64,000 nucleotides of DNA from Bryobacterales bacterium (lineage in GTDB: Bacteria; Acidobacteriota; Terriglobia; Bryobacterales; UBA6623): positions 1,600,001 to 1,664,000 of the forward strand of contig OY729428.2 of NCBI GenBank assembly GCA_963422375.2, written 5' to 3'. The position numbers and the translations under genes are program-made. Positions 18,946-29,110 of the stretch are shown here, piece by piece. Under the pieces are notes generated by a model. That model saw only the letters and a list, made by a program, of their open reading frames with translations. It did not search any database and had not been told where the DNA came from. Position 1 is the first letter of the stretch, and each line of letters starts with the position of its first letter.

Positions 18946-20255
18946 CTAGATCCGTTCCGGCACGACGTAGGGCGCCCGGTAGCGCCGCGTCAAGAGGTCG
19001 CCGGCCGATCCGTTGCCGACGAAAAGCCCCGTTTCCTGATCGACATGGAGCTGCTGCTGGCAGCGGTAGCCTATGTTCGCTAGGTGGCACAGCTCCGCTG
19101 CGGCCGCGCCGATCTGAATGTCCGCGTTCAGCGCGTGGTGGTTGCGCGACCGCACCGCCTCGATGAAGTTCGCCATGTGAGGTGCCGGGTCCCACACTCG
19201 CTCCTCGTGGCGGGTCTCGTCGCGTGTCTTTTCGCGCTGGTCCCCCGAGTAGACTTGGAACCCCAGCGGATCGACCACCATGTACCCGTGGTCGCCGAAG
19301 AATATGTTCCCCGTGTAGCTGCTGCCCCGCAGGGGCGCGCCGCCTTCGTTCGGACTGGACAGGTTGCGCACCTCGAAGACGATTTCCGAGCGCTCGAAGA
19401 CGAAGTGGGCCTGCTGCGTGTTGGGAGTTTCCTGGTCGTCGTCCCACACGAACTTCCCCCCGCTCGATGAGACCGAGCGGGGCCCGCCGTACTCTTCCAG
19501 GCCCCAGCGGCAGATGTCCATCTCGTGGACACCCTGGTTGCCGATGTCGCCATTGCCGGTGTCCCAGAACCAGTGCCAGTTGTAGGCGAAGCGGTTCCGC
19601 GTGTAGGGTCGCATCGGGGCCGGCCCTAGGAAGAGGTCCCAGTCAAGGCCGGGAGGGACGGGCTCCTCGGGAGTGCGGCCGATCGAGTTGCGACGGCGGA
19701 AGCAGAGGCCCCGGGCCATGTATACCGAGCCGATCACGCCTTCTGCGAGCATTTGCATGGCGCGGCGCTTGTGCCCGATGGACCGGCTCTGCGACCCGAC
19801 CTGGACCATCCGGCGGTACTTGCGGGCCGCCCGGACCATCTGCCGGCCTCGAATGCGTTGTGACTGGCGGGCTTCTCGACGTACACGTCCTTGCCCGCCT
19901 GGCAGGCCCAGATCGTCGCGAGGGCGTGCCAATGGTTCGGCGTGGCGACCGAGACGGCCTGCACGTCCGGGTCGTCGAAGAGCGCCCGCATGTCGGAGTA
20001 CTCCTTCGGCGCGAGGCCTTGGGCCTTGCGGACGATCGCGGACGCGCGTTCCCGGGCCTCTTGGTTCACGTCGCAGACCGCGGAGACGCGCGTTCCCGGG
20101 ACGTCGGAAAAAAACTGCAGGTGCTGGCGTCCTCGGCCGCCCGTGCCAATCACGGCTAGATCGACGGTGTCGCTGGCCCCGAGCACGGGAAAGGCTCTCG
20201 TCGCCGCCGCGGCGGCCGCGCCGTGCAGAACCTGCCTCCGACCCGGTTGTAGCAT
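18946..20255 (-). pseudogene. Tat-exported Gfo/Idh/MocA oxidoreductase with one frameshift (~19847)
   Basis: N-part GRRQVL..TPNHWH..EKPASHNAFE and C-part GRQMV..QVGSQ..WHWFWDTGNGDIGNQGVHEMD are in different frames; adding one G restores EGRQMV. Confidence 0.88.
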
Positions 20256-20310
20256 GGCGAACAGACTACTACAGCGGGCTGCCTGGACGCCCTGTGCTAA
20301 TTTCGTTGGC

Positions 20311-21798
20311 TTGCGGTGGGCTCGTTTCGCGTTGGCATGGGGTTCCGCGCTCGGTTTCGCCTCCTCGAGTCCCTTGCCCGCGGATCTCGCCCGCCTCGCG
20401 CTGGAGGTCCGGTCTTCGGGCCCTATCGAAGCCGACCTGCGGACCCTCTGCGACGGGATTGGCGCTCGGATGGCGGGCACCGACGGCATGCGGGAGGCCT
20501 TGGAGTGGGGGCGGCAGGCGTTCGCCGACGCGGCCCTGTCGGATGTGCGTCTCGAGGCAGTGCCCATGCCGCTGCTGTGGGAGGAAGGCGCGACCCGCCT
20601 CGAGGTCGTCGAGCCGGCGGGATTTCCGCTCCGCGCGGTGTCGTCGGCGCTCTCTCCTGCCGTGCTGCCCGCGATGGAAGCCGATCTGGCGGACGGCGGC
20701 AAGGGCAGGCCGGGGTTCATCGCGCGCTCCGCCGACCGGTACCGCGGCAAGGCCGTGCTGGTGCGTCTGGACGAGGCCGGGTCGTTCGACGAGCTCGCCG
20801 TCGAGCAGCGCGACGCCATGATCGCCCTGCGCGAGGCATCCGACGCCGGAGCACTCGCGGTGCTGTTCATTTCGACGCGCCCGAATCGCCTGATGTACCG
20901 GCATGTAAACAACGTCGCGGGCCGTTTGGACGGGATTCCCTCGGCACTCGTGGCGCGCGAGGACGGCCTGCGGCTGGCCAGGATGCTGCAGGGCGGCGCG
21001 AGGGTGAGGGTGAGCCTGCGCATGCCGAACCGAATCGGCGCTGCGTACGAGACGGCGAACGTAGTGGCCGACATTCCCGGCGAGGACTCACCGGGGGAGA
21101 TCGTGCTCCTCGGCGCCCACCTCGACTCCTGGGACATGGGTACTGGCTGCCTCGACAACGCCGCCCTCGTAGTGCATGTGGCCCGCGCGATCCGGTCTGC
21201 CGGGCTGCGGCCGCGGCGGACGCTGCGCTTCGTGTTGTTCGGAGGCGAGGAGCTCGGCTTGTTCGGCTCGCGGGCGTACGCGGACCGCCACCGCCCGGAA
21301 CTCGACCAGCACGTCGCGAGCCTGGTCCATGACATGGGGAACGGCCCGCTGGCGGGCTACTCGGTTGGCGGTCGCGACGAGCTGGTCCCCGCGCTGGACC
21401 GCATTCTGTCGCCGCTGCCCGGTCGCGACCGGCTCAAACTCACCGAGGAGGCCTATTTCCTCAGCGACAACTTGACCTTTGCGCTCGAAGGCGTGCCCTC
21501 GCTTTTCGCGGTGCAGGATACATCGGGATTCTTCCTGACGTATCACTCGGAGGCCGACACGTTCGACAAGGTGCGCGTTGGCGAGGCGGTGGAGGCGGCC
21601 GCCGCGGCCGCCGCGACGGTGCTGGGGATCGCCAACGCTTCCGAGCGCTTCGGACGGAGGCTGGCTGCGCAGGAGGTCCTTGCGTGGATCCAGCGCATCG
21701 GTCTCTCCCGGCACCTGCGGTTCCTCGGGGTCTGGGACGCGTGGCGCCCTCCCGGCGTCGATCCCGGTCTCGGCGCCGGGGGCGACGTGCGAGACTGA
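20311..21798 (+). CDS. M28 metallopeptidase (carboxypeptidase Q-like); start uncertain
   Basis: GARMAGT, GAHLDSWD, G..DN, GEELGL, HD, YHSEADTFDKV. Confidence 0.9.
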   Translation: MRWARFALAWGSALGFASSSPLPADLARLALEVRSSGPIEADLRTLCDGIGARMAGTDGMREALEWGRQAFADAALSDVRLEAVPMPLLWEEGATRLEVVEPAGFPLRAVSSALSPAVLPAMEADLADGGKGRPGFIARSADRYRGKAVLVRLDEAGSFDELAVEQRDAMIALREASDAGALAVLFISTRPNRLMYRHVNNVAGRLDGIPSALVAREDGLRLARMLQGGARVRVSLRMPNRIGAAYETANVVADIPGEDSPGEIVLLGAHLDSWDMGTGCLDNAALVVHVARAIRSAGLRPRRTLRFVLFGGEELGLFGSRAYADRHRPELDQHVASLVHDMGNGPLAGYSVGGRDELVPALDRILSPLPGRDRLKLTEEAYFLSDNLTFALEGVPSLFAVQDTSGFFLTYHSEADTFDKVRVGEAVEAAAAAAATVLGIANASERFGRRLAAQEVLAWIQRIGLSRHLRFLGVWDAWRPPGVDPGLGAGGDVRD

Positions 21799-21814
21799 GC
21801 GGCCCTGTCCGGCA

Positions 21815-23467
21815 ATGCCGTTCCCACTGCCGCCACAGCACGGCCTAGCCCGGCCGGGGGCGGATGAGCGGGCGCGCCGCGCCGCCTACATGCGCCGACT
21901 CGCGGACGAGATCGACGGCCTCGAGCGGACCGCCAGGATGGGCGGCGGGCGGCGGGCCGTCGAGCGCCAGCGAGCCAGGGGCAAGATGCTCGCTCGCGAG
22001 CGGGTGGCCGCCCTGCTAGACGAGGACGCGGAATTCGTCGAGCTCGGACTGCTCGTCGCCAGCGACTCCTACGACGGAACCGCGCCCGCCGCCGGCGTCG
22101 TCACCGGCATCGGCACGGTCGGCGGACGCCCGGTCGCGGTCATGGCGAACGACGCAACCGTGAAGGCCGGCAGCTGGTTTCCGGAGACGGTAGGCAAGAT
22201 CCTCCGCATCCAGGAAGCTGCCATGCGCTGTCGCATTCCGATCGCGTACCTAGTGGACTCCGCCGGAATCTTCCTGCCGATGCAGGACCGCACGTTTCCC
22301 GGAAAGCACGGGGGCGCGCGCATCTTCCGCAACTGCGCGCACATGCGACAGCGGGACGGGCTTCCCCAGTTCGCGGCCGTCATGGGCCCGTGCATCGCCG
22401 GCGGGGCGTACCTGCCCGCACTCAGCGACGTGATCCTGATGGTCGAAGGAAGCAGCTTCATGGGCCTTGGGGGACCGAGCCTCGTCAAGGGGGCGATCGG
22501 CCAGGCCGTGGCGGCCGAGGATCTGGGAGGAGCCGCCCTTCACACTGCTCGCAGCGGCGTGGCGCACTATCGCGCCCCGAGCGACGCCGCTTGCATCGAG
22601 CTTCTGCGCGAGCTGCTGCTGGACTTGCCGCGGCGAGACGGGCCGAGGCGTGCGGCGACGGCAGCGGACTCGGATTTGTGCCTCGACGAGATCCTGCCCG
22701 CCGACCGTCGACTCCCCTATGACCTTCACGAGGTGGTGCGCGTCATCGTCGACCGCGATGGGTGCGTGGAGTTCATGGCCGACTACGCGCCCGAGCTGCT
22801 CTGTGCCAACGCGCGCGTCCAAGGCTGGCCGGTCGGGCTGATCGGCAATCGGCGCGGCCTGTTCCGATGCGAGGGCGGGACGCGCATCGGCGCGATCCTG
22901 TACGCGGAGACCGCGCGCAAGGCCGCGGAATTCGTGCGCAAGTGCGACCGGCAGGGGCACCCTCTGCTGTACTTGCAGGACGTGACGGGGTTCATGGTGG
23001 GCCCGGATGCCGAGCGCAGCGGCATTATCCGGGCCGGCGCGGACATGATCGAAGCGATGGCCGTCGCGCGGGTAGCACGGATCGTTGTCACCCTGCGCCA
23101 CGCCAGCGGAGCAGGCTACTACGCCATGGCGGGCCAGGGCTTCGACCCGGACTTCATTTTCAGCTGGCCGTCGGCCCGGGTCGGCGTCATGGAGGGGGAC
23201 TCGGCCGTGCAGGCCCTGTACGGCTCGTCGCTGGATGAGGCGGCCGCTGCCGAAGGCGGCGTGCCGCCGGAGCTGCGCAGGGAAATCGAGCGGACGCGCC
23301 TCGAATACGAGCGGATGCTAGATGCGAAATGGTGCGCCGCGCGGGGTCATGTCGACGCGATCATCCTCCCGCGGAGGACCAGGGCGGTGGTCGCCGCCTG
23401 CTTGGCAGCCGCTCATGCCAGCGGGTACGTGCGCTCCAGCCGGGCCGACGATGCCATGAGACGCTAG
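21815..23467 (+). CDS. Acyl-CoA carboxylase carboxyltransferase (beta) subunit
   Basis: GKMLARER, ANDATVKAGSW, YLVDSAG, GPCIAGGAY, LQDVTGFMVG, SGAGYYAM. Confidence 0.93.
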   Translation: MPFPLPPQHGLARPGADERARRAAYMRRLADEIDGLERTARMGGGRRAVERQRARGKMLARERVAALLDEDAEFVELGLLVASDSYDGTAPAAGVVTGIGTVGGRPVAVMANDATVKAGSWFPETVGKILRIQEAAMRCRIPIAYLVDSAGIFLPMQDRTFPGKHGGARIFRNCAHMRQRDGLPQFAAVMGPCIAGGAYLPALSDVILMVEGSSFMGLGGPSLVKGAIGQAVAAEDLGGAALHTARSGVAHYRAPSDAACIELLRELLLDLPRRDGPRRAATAADSDLCLDEILPADRRLPYDLHEVVRVIVDRDGCVEFMADYAPELLCANARVQGWPVGLIGNRRGLFRCEGGTRIGAILYAETARKAAEFVRKCDRQGHPLLYLQDVTGFMVGPDAERSGIIRAGADMIEAMAVARVARIVVTLRHASGAGYYAMAGQGFDPDFIFSWPSARVGVMEGDSAVQALYGSSLDEAAAAEGGVPPELRREIERTRLEYERMLDAKWCAARGHVDAIILPRRTRAVVAACLAAAHASGYVRSSRADDAMRR

Positions 23468-23514
23468 GGTGGCGACGAGTCGTCCCCCGATTCCCGTGCG
23501 AGAATAGCGCAGAA

Positions 23515-26500
23515 GTGGCAATTTCAGCGACTCCCTGCGGCCTCGCGCGGCTGGCGGGGGTTTCTTGGGCAACTGTTGCGGTGCTGGCCGCCGCGACCGC
23601 GGTTGATCGTCGGGTCGCATGCGTGGCACCGCCCACGGAGCGGGAAGCGATTTTCCTGCACCAGCAGCGCATGCTGCGCGAACCAGCTCTGGCCGCGCGC
23701 GGAGAAACGCTACCCCGATCTCCGCTGCCGTCCCCACGGGAGGAATCCGGAATCGCGCTAATCAAGGCCGGTCCGGCGGTCATGGCTCCGCCGAACGAGT
23801 TCGATTTGTCGGGGATGCGGATCTCTATCGCGAGCGGACCGGCTGGCTTGACCGTTAGCTCGACTCTCGTCGGGACAACAGCCGAGCTTCCGGAGGTCGG
23901 GATACCGCTGACACTGGAAGACGACGACTACGCTGTAATCGAACTGCCCTTCTCGTTTCCCTACTACGGGCAGGGCTACACCAGAGCCTTCGTACATTCC
24001 GACGGCAATATCAGCTTCCGGTATCCCGAGAAGACGTCGACCCCCCGCAGTTTCTCGCGGGCCGCCGGCGGACCTCCTCGAATCGCTCCCCTGTTCTCCG
24101 ACTTGGATCCGAGCAAGGGCGGCAGCGTGCGGGTCGCTTCGCAGGGGGACCGGGTGCTCGTGACCTGGGATGGGGTGCCTGAATTTGTCGAGAACGGCGT
24201 CGGAGATCCCCAGACCTTCCTCGCTGTCCTGCGGGCCGACGGCACCATCGACTTCCAATACTCCAACGTGAACCACCGGGCCGCTGTTGTTGGCATATTT
24301 GCGGGTGTCGCCGAGCGAGACGCCCGGCCCGTGGACTGGAGCGAGACGGCCTCGATGGCCGTCGATGGCGCCCCCATCCTAGCCGAGGTCTTCACGGACG
24401 ATGTCTCGCTGGACGAGTACGGCGTGGTCCAGGAGTTCTTCCGGGCGCACGAGGACGCCTACGACACGCTGATCGTGTTCAACGACCTCGATCTCAATGC
24501 CAGCGAATTCTCGCTCGCGCACGCGTTTCCCATCCGCAATCAGGTCATGGGAATCGGGGAGTACAGTCGCGAATTCGGCCACTGGTTCGGCTCCCGCCGG
24601 CGCCTCTCCGCCTTCGTCAACATGGGCTCGGTCGAAGACTACCCAGTCAACCCGCTCGCGCCGATTCCAGGCCTGCGGCACGCATCGCTGCTCACGATTC
24701 TCGCGCACGAGGTCGGCCATCGATTCCTAGCCTACCCGTCATGGAAGGACCCGGAGACCGGGGAGCGATCGCGTTCCCTGTTGGGCCGCCAGTTGTCGCA
24801 TTGGAGCTTCTTCTTCAATTCGCAGGCGTCCGTGCTCGAGGGCAACCTGATCCGCGATCACGGCCCCGACGCGCGACCGCGGTTCGAGACCGTCGCCGCG
24901 ACGCAGTCCTACAGCCCGCTAGACCAGTACCTGATGGGACTGCGCGACCCTAGTGAGGTTCCACCGACATTCTTGGTAGAGAGCCCCGCGGGCGCGCACC
25001 GGCTGGGCTCGGCCGATCGTTCCCCTCAAGTCGGCGTCCGGTTCGACGGCGTTCGCAAGGAGGTCCGGGTGGAGGACATCATCGCCGTCGAGGGACCACG
25101 GCGGCCCGACTCATCGGTCTCGCAGCGCCACTTCCGCCAGTGCTTCGCTGTGGTGGTTCGCGACGCCGCCGGCCCGAGGAGGTCGGTGATACGGAAGATC
25201 GAGCGCTTGCGCGCCAACTGGCGGCACTTCTTCGCGGCGCAGCTCGGATCTCGGGCCACCGTGGTCACGGATCTGACCCGGATGCTGGACCTGTCGACGT
25301 GGCCGGCAGGGGGAGTGGTTCTCGGCACCGCCGGCACGGCGCAGGTCGTCATCTCGGAACCGCTGGACACGGACCTGCTCGTCTGGCTGTGGCAGGACGA
25401 GCCGATCGCTACGGTCCCGGCCTCGGTGACCATCCCGGCCGGCGAGGATCGCGTGGAGTTCGAGATTCTCGGCCTGGAGGCGGGCACGACGACACTCGAG
25501 GCGAAGGCCAGCGAGCCGGGATTCGATCACGCCGTGACCCGCCTCAACGTGAAGGAGGGCCTGGCTGGACTGGAGGTTGTCCCGATCCATCCAGAAGACC
25601 TGCATGGCGTCGCAGGCGTCCCGCTGCCGCACGCGCTGGCCTTTCAGGTGCGCGACTACAATCTCGTGCCCTACAGCGGCATCGAGATGGGCTTCAGGGC
25701 GGGCGGCGCGGGCGAGGTGACGGTCGCGACTTCCACGACCGACGCGTGGGGCATTGCGACAACGGGCTGGACGCTGGGTCCCGAGCACGGCCAGCAGATT
25801 CTCGTCGCGAGCATCAAGGGCGTTGCGCTCTCCTCCCAGACGGCCGCGTTCGCGTCGCCCAGCGTGCCCCGTATCGCGCCTCCTATCGCCGTCAATGCGG
25901 CCAGCGGGGAAGCGCCGATGCCGGGCGCGGGACTCGCGCCGGGCAGCTTGGTGACAATCCGTGGCGTCGGGCTAGCCTCGGAGTCTGCAGAGGCGGACAC
26001 CGACCTAGTGTTCGAGAATCCGGCGCTGCCCTTCGAGCTCGCCGGAACGGGAGTTCACGTGGCCGCGGTAAAGGCCCCCTTGGTTCGCGTGTCGCCGGCG
26101 GAGGTTACCTTCCAGGTCCCGTTCGGCGTCGTCGGGCCGTGGGCGGACGCACTTGTCTCGACGCCCTACGGACGCAGCCAAGCGGTCAAGATCCCAATCA
26201 GCCCGACCCAGCCGGGGCTGTTTCCGGGCAGAGTGCTTTCCGGCAATCTCGTTCCGGGAATCAAGGCCCCGGACACTTCTCGCGTGATGCCCGCCTCACT
26301 GCCCCGAGCGGGCGGTCCGTTGGAAGTGTTTGGTACCGGCTTCGGAGCAGTCACGCCGGCCGGAAGATCCGGGTTGCCCGGGCTGGAGGAGCCGAAGCAG
26401 CGGGTGATCGCCGAGACCAGGGCGTGGATTGACGGGCGCGAGGTCGAGGTCGTCGCGAGCGAGCTCGCTCAGTGGGAGGCCGGCGTCTACAAGGTCGTCC

Positions 26501-26595
26501 TGACCGCTCCGGCCGACCTCGATCCCGGCCGTCACCGGGTCGTCCTCTCGGTCGGAGCGGTCGAGAGCAACGAGGTGGAGTTCCAGTCCGAGTAA
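23515..26595 (+). CDS. Large secreted zinc-metalloprotease-like protein with NIDO-like, Ig-like and Solibacter-type (TIGR03437-like) C-terminal domains; start uncertain
   Basis: LPFSFPYYG..IAPLFSDL, ILAHEVGH (HExxH), LDQYLMG, VNAAS..APGSLVTIRG, FGTGFG. Confidence 0.8.
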   Translation: MAISATPCGLARLAGVSWATVAVLAAATAVDRRVACVAPPTEREAIFLHQQRMLREPALAARGETLPRSPLPSPREESGIALIKAGPAVMAPPNEFDLSGMRISIASGPAGLTVSSTLVGTTAELPEVGIPLTLEDDDYAVIELPFSFPYYGQGYTRAFVHSDGNISFRYPEKTSTPRSFSRAAGGPPRIAPLFSDLDPSKGGSVRVASQGDRVLVTWDGVPEFVENGVGDPQTFLAVLRADGTIDFQYSNVNHRAAVVGIFAGVAERDARPVDWSETASMAVDGAPILAEVFTDDVSLDEYGVVQEFFRAHEDAYDTLIVFNDLDLNASEFSLAHAFPIRNQVMGIGEYSREFGHWFGSRRRLSAFVNMGSVEDYPVNPLAPIPGLRHASLLTILAHEVGHRFLAYPSWKDPETGERSRSLLGRQLSHWSFFFNSQASVLEGNLIRDHGPDARPRFETVAATQSYSPLDQYLMGLRDPSEVPPTFLVESPAGAHRLGSADRSPQVGVRFDGVRKEVRVEDIIAVEGPRRPDSSVSQRHFRQCFAVVVRDAAGPRRSVIRKIERLRANWRHFFAAQLGSRATVVTDLTRMLDLSTWPAGGVVLGTAGTAQVVISEPLDTDLLVWLWQDEPIATVPASVTIPAGEDRVEFEILGLEAGTTTLEAKASEPGFDHAVTRLNVKEGLAGLEVVPIHPEDLHGVAGVPLPHALAFQVRDYNLVPYSGIEMGFRAGGAGEVTVATSTTDAWGIATTGWTLGPEHGQQILVASIKGVALSSQTAAFASPSVPRIAPPIAVNAASGEAPMPGAGLAPGSLVTIRGVGLASESAEADTDLVFENPALPFELAGTGVHVAAVKAPLVRVSPAEVTFQVPFGVVGPWADALVSTPYGRSQAVKIPISPTQPGLFPGRVLSGNLVPGIKAPDTSRVMPASLPRAGGPLEVFGTGFGAVTPAGRSGLPGLEEPKQRVIAETRAWIDGREVEVVASELAQWEAGVYKVVLTAPADLDPGRHRVVLSVGAVESNEVEFQSE

Positions 26596-26649
26596 CGCTG
26601 ATCGAATTGCCGGCTCCTCGCGCGGCCGCCGGGCGATTACACTCGAGGG

Positions 26650-27336
26650 ATGGGCAACACGGCGCTTCGCTGGTGCCTATTGGGGCTCGTCGCCTCGGCC
26701 CTGATTCTCGGGCCGTTCGCGCTATTCGAGTCGACGCTGCGCGAGGCTGCGGAATTCCTGCTGCGGGCGGACGGGAGCCGCGAGGCCGCGGCCTTCTCGG
26801 TGGTGCTGCTGCTGGCCGCGGACGTGTTTCTGCCCGTGCCGTCGAGCTTGGTTGCGACGGCTTCGGGCCTGTTGCTGGGACTGGCGCGGGGTGCCGCGGT
26901 CACGTGGATCGGCATGCAGGCCGGGGCTCTGGCGGGCTACGCCTTCGGCCGGTCCGTCGGCCTGAGCGCGGCCGTGCGATTCGTCGGCCACGAGGCAGCC
27001 GCCCGGGCCTCCGTCTCCCACCGGCGCTGGGGGCGGTTCTCCCTGGTTGCCGCCCGGGCCGTGCCCGTGCTCGCGGAGGCGTCGGTCGTACTGGCCGGAG
27101 CCCTGCGCATGCCGGCGCGGACGTTCGCGCTCGCGACGGGGATCTCGAACGCCGTGATCGCCCTGGCCTACGCTGCCGTCGGGGCGTACGCACTCGAGAC
27201 GAACGCGTTCCTGCTCGCGTTCGGCGGCTCCATCGGGATTTCGGGCGTCCTGATGTCGGTCGGTCACGCGATCGCGCGGGCCCCGGGCGCCGCCGGAAGC
27301 GTCGCACGCGGGAAGGGGTCGGAGGGCCTGCGATGA
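26650..27336 (+). CDS. DedA/TVP38 (VTT-domain) membrane protein
   Basis: LLAADVFLPVPSS, RAVPVLAE. Confidence 0.88.
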   Translation: MGNTALRWCLLGLVASALILGPFALFESTLREAAEFLLRADGSREAAAFSVVLLLAADVFLPVPSSLVATASGLLLGLARGAAVTWIGMQAGALAGYAFGRSVGLSAAVRFVGHEAAARASVSHRRWGRFSLVAARAVPVLAEASVVLAGALRMPARTFALATGISNAVIALAYAAVGAYALETNAFLLAFGGSIGISGVLMSVGHAIARAPGAAGSVARGKGSEGLR

Positions 27337-28136
27337 GCCAGCGACGTGCCGGGCGATCCGGGGTGCTCACGTTCACGACGGACTTCGGCACCCGCGACCA
27401 CTACGTCGGCGCCATGAAGGGAGTTGTGGCCGCCGTCGCTGCCGACGTGCGGGTTCTTGACATATGCCACGAGATTCCTAGTTTCGGCATAGCCGAAGGT
27501 GCCTACGCGATCGCGCAGGCCTACCCGTACTACCCGCGGGGCACGGTTCACGTGGTGGTGGTGGATCCCGGAGTCGGCTCGTCGCGGCACCCGCTGGCGG
27601 TGTCCGCCGAGGGCCACTTATTCGTCGCGCCCGACAACGGAGTCCTCTCGCAGGTGCTCGAGGGCGGGAGACGCTTCGAGGCGCGACGCATCGAACTGCG
27701 GCACGGCCTCGCATCGGTGAGCCGCACGTTTCATGGCAGGGACTTGTTCGCGCCGGCCGGAGCGCGCCTCGCCGCAGGCCTTGCGTTCGAGGACATCGGG
27801 CCCCCGATGTCCGATCCCCTCCTGCCGCCTCCCGGCGACGGGCGGCGGCCGGCCGGCCGCGTCCTGCACGTGGACCGGTTCGGGAACGTGGTGACGAGCT
27901 TCCGCCGGGCGGACCTTGCGACGGGGGCCTGCCTCGCAGTCGGAGGCAGGACCGTCTGCGAGCGCTTCGAAGCTTACGCGTCCGCTCGCGAGGGTGCGCT
28001 GTTCCTGATCGAAGGCAGCTCGGGCTATGTCGAAGTCTCGCTCAACCAAGGATCCGCCGCGAAGAAGCTCGCCGTCCGCACCGGCGCGGACGTGCGCCTA
28101 GTCGGCGGAGGCCGACGGGTCGGTTGCGAGGGCTAG
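27333..28136 (+). CDS. SAM hydroxide adenosyltransferase (DUF62; fluorinase/chlorinase superfamily)
   Basis: TTDFG, VVDPGVGSSR, APDNG, TFHGRDLFAP, DRFGN; ATGA overlap with the upstream gene. Confidence 0.92.
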   Translation: MSQRRAGRSGVLTFTTDFGTRDHYVGAMKGVVAAVAADVRVLDICHEIPSFGIAEGAYAIAQAYPYYPRGTVHVVVVDPGVGSSRHPLAVSAEGHLFVAPDNGVLSQVLEGGRRFEARRIELRHGLASVSRTFHGRDLFAPAGARLAAGLAFEDIGPPMSDPLLPPPGDGRRPAGRVLHVDRFGNVVTSFRRADLATGACLAVGGRTVCERFEAYASAREGALFLIEGSSGYVEVSLNQGSAAKKLAVRTGADVRLVGGGRRVGCEG

Positions 28137-28996
28137 TCGGCCAGAGAGGTCTTGTAGTGGCGTTCCCTGTTGCGCAGGTACTTGTAGGGGTTGACGTTGA
28201 TGCGTCGGAGATGCACCTCGTAATGGAGATGCTTGCCGGTAGTGCGCCCGGACCTGCCAACCAAGCCGATGACCTCGCCGCGCCGAACGGACTGGCCCGT
28301 GCGGACAAAGTATTCCTTCAAGTGCCCGTAGATCGTCTGGAACCCGCTGCGACCGTGCTGGACCTTCACGCAATGCCCGAGCGCTCCCTCCCATTCCGCG
28401 GACACGACGTGTCCGTCAGCGGTGGCCACCACTGGCGAGGCGTAAGGCGCACTGATGTCTATGCCCGGATGGAAGGCCCCCTTGCCGTCAAACGGGTCTT
28501 GGCGCCGGCCGTAGCTGCTCGTGATATGGCCCTTGACCGGCCACACCGACGGGGTGGTGTTCGCCAGAACCGAGCGCATCGCCGTGCCGGAGTCGGACAA
28601 TGCGTCCGTGAGCAGGTCGAACTGATTGATCGAGGAGTAGTAGGCGGGCTCCAAGTCCGTACCGTAAGCGACGTCCGCCGCCGGTCCGTCCCTGCGAATC
28701 CCGTAGGCGATTGAGACTTGGTAGGCCAGTTTGCTCAGCGACTGGAACTGCGTGTCCCGCTCCTCCGCCACGAGGGCCAGGCTCTCGTACTCCTCGCGCA
28801 GGGCGGTGTTCTCGGCCGCGAGCCGCTCGTTTTCGGATGCCTGGCCCAGGAGGCTCCTGCCCAATCCGACTGCCGTGATGCCGGCAACCACCACGAGGGC
28901 GGCCGCGATTTGCAGCTGCAGGGCCGATACGTTGAGGCGCAGGATTCGCCCGTGCATCGGATGCGCGAGGATGACTAGAAACAGCTTGGCTCCCAT
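28133..28996 (-). CDS. M23 peptidase (murein hydrolase/activator)
   Basis: TM helix plus coiled coil, WPVKG, HPGID, YGHL, HLHYEV. Confidence 0.93.
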   Translation of the reverse strand: MGAKLFLVILAHPMHGRILRLNVSALQLQIAAALVVVAGITAVGLGRSLLGQASENERLAAENTALREEYESLALVAEERDTQFQSLSKLAYQVSIAYGIRRDGPAADVAYGTDLEPAYYSSINQFDLLTDALSDSGTAMRSVLANTTPSVWPVKGHITSSYGRRQDPFDGKGAFHPGIDISAPYASPVVATADGHVVSAEWEGALGHCVKVQHGRSGFQTIYGHLKEYFVRTGQSVRRGEVIGLVGRSGRTTGKHLHYEVHLRRINVNPYKYLRNRERHYKTSLAD

Positions 28997-29106
28997 GTGT
29001 AGCCTGACTATGTGTAGCCTGACTACGGGCGTTTTCGGCGAACCTAGAGACCGAGCTCGGAACGAGCGAGCCAGTAGCCTTGATAAGCCCAGTAGCCTTG
29101 ATAAGC
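28995..29106. repeat. Two tandem duplications (2x15 bp and 2x18 bp) sharing GTAGCCT core
   Basis: ATGTGTAGCCTGACT at 28995 and 29010; CCAGTAGCCTTGATAAGC at 29071 and 29089. Confidence 0.92.
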
Positions 29107-29110
29107 TCTG

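Noticed and set aside
20253..20256. Divergent genes sharing one CATG start (also at 51220-51223)
   Set aside because: Better downstream starts with promoter-like hexamers exist, and a shared start leaves no room for promoters.
27333..28136. Possible SAM-dependent fluorinase/chlorinase
   Set aside because: It has the Asp/Arg/His pattern (DPGVGSSR, TFHGRD) of the common hydroxide adenosyltransferases, and there is no biosynthetic cluster nearby.
28995..29106. Mini-CRISPR interpretation of the tandem repeats
   Set aside because: Units are 15-18 bp, directly adjacent with no unique spacers, and there are no cas genes in the window.
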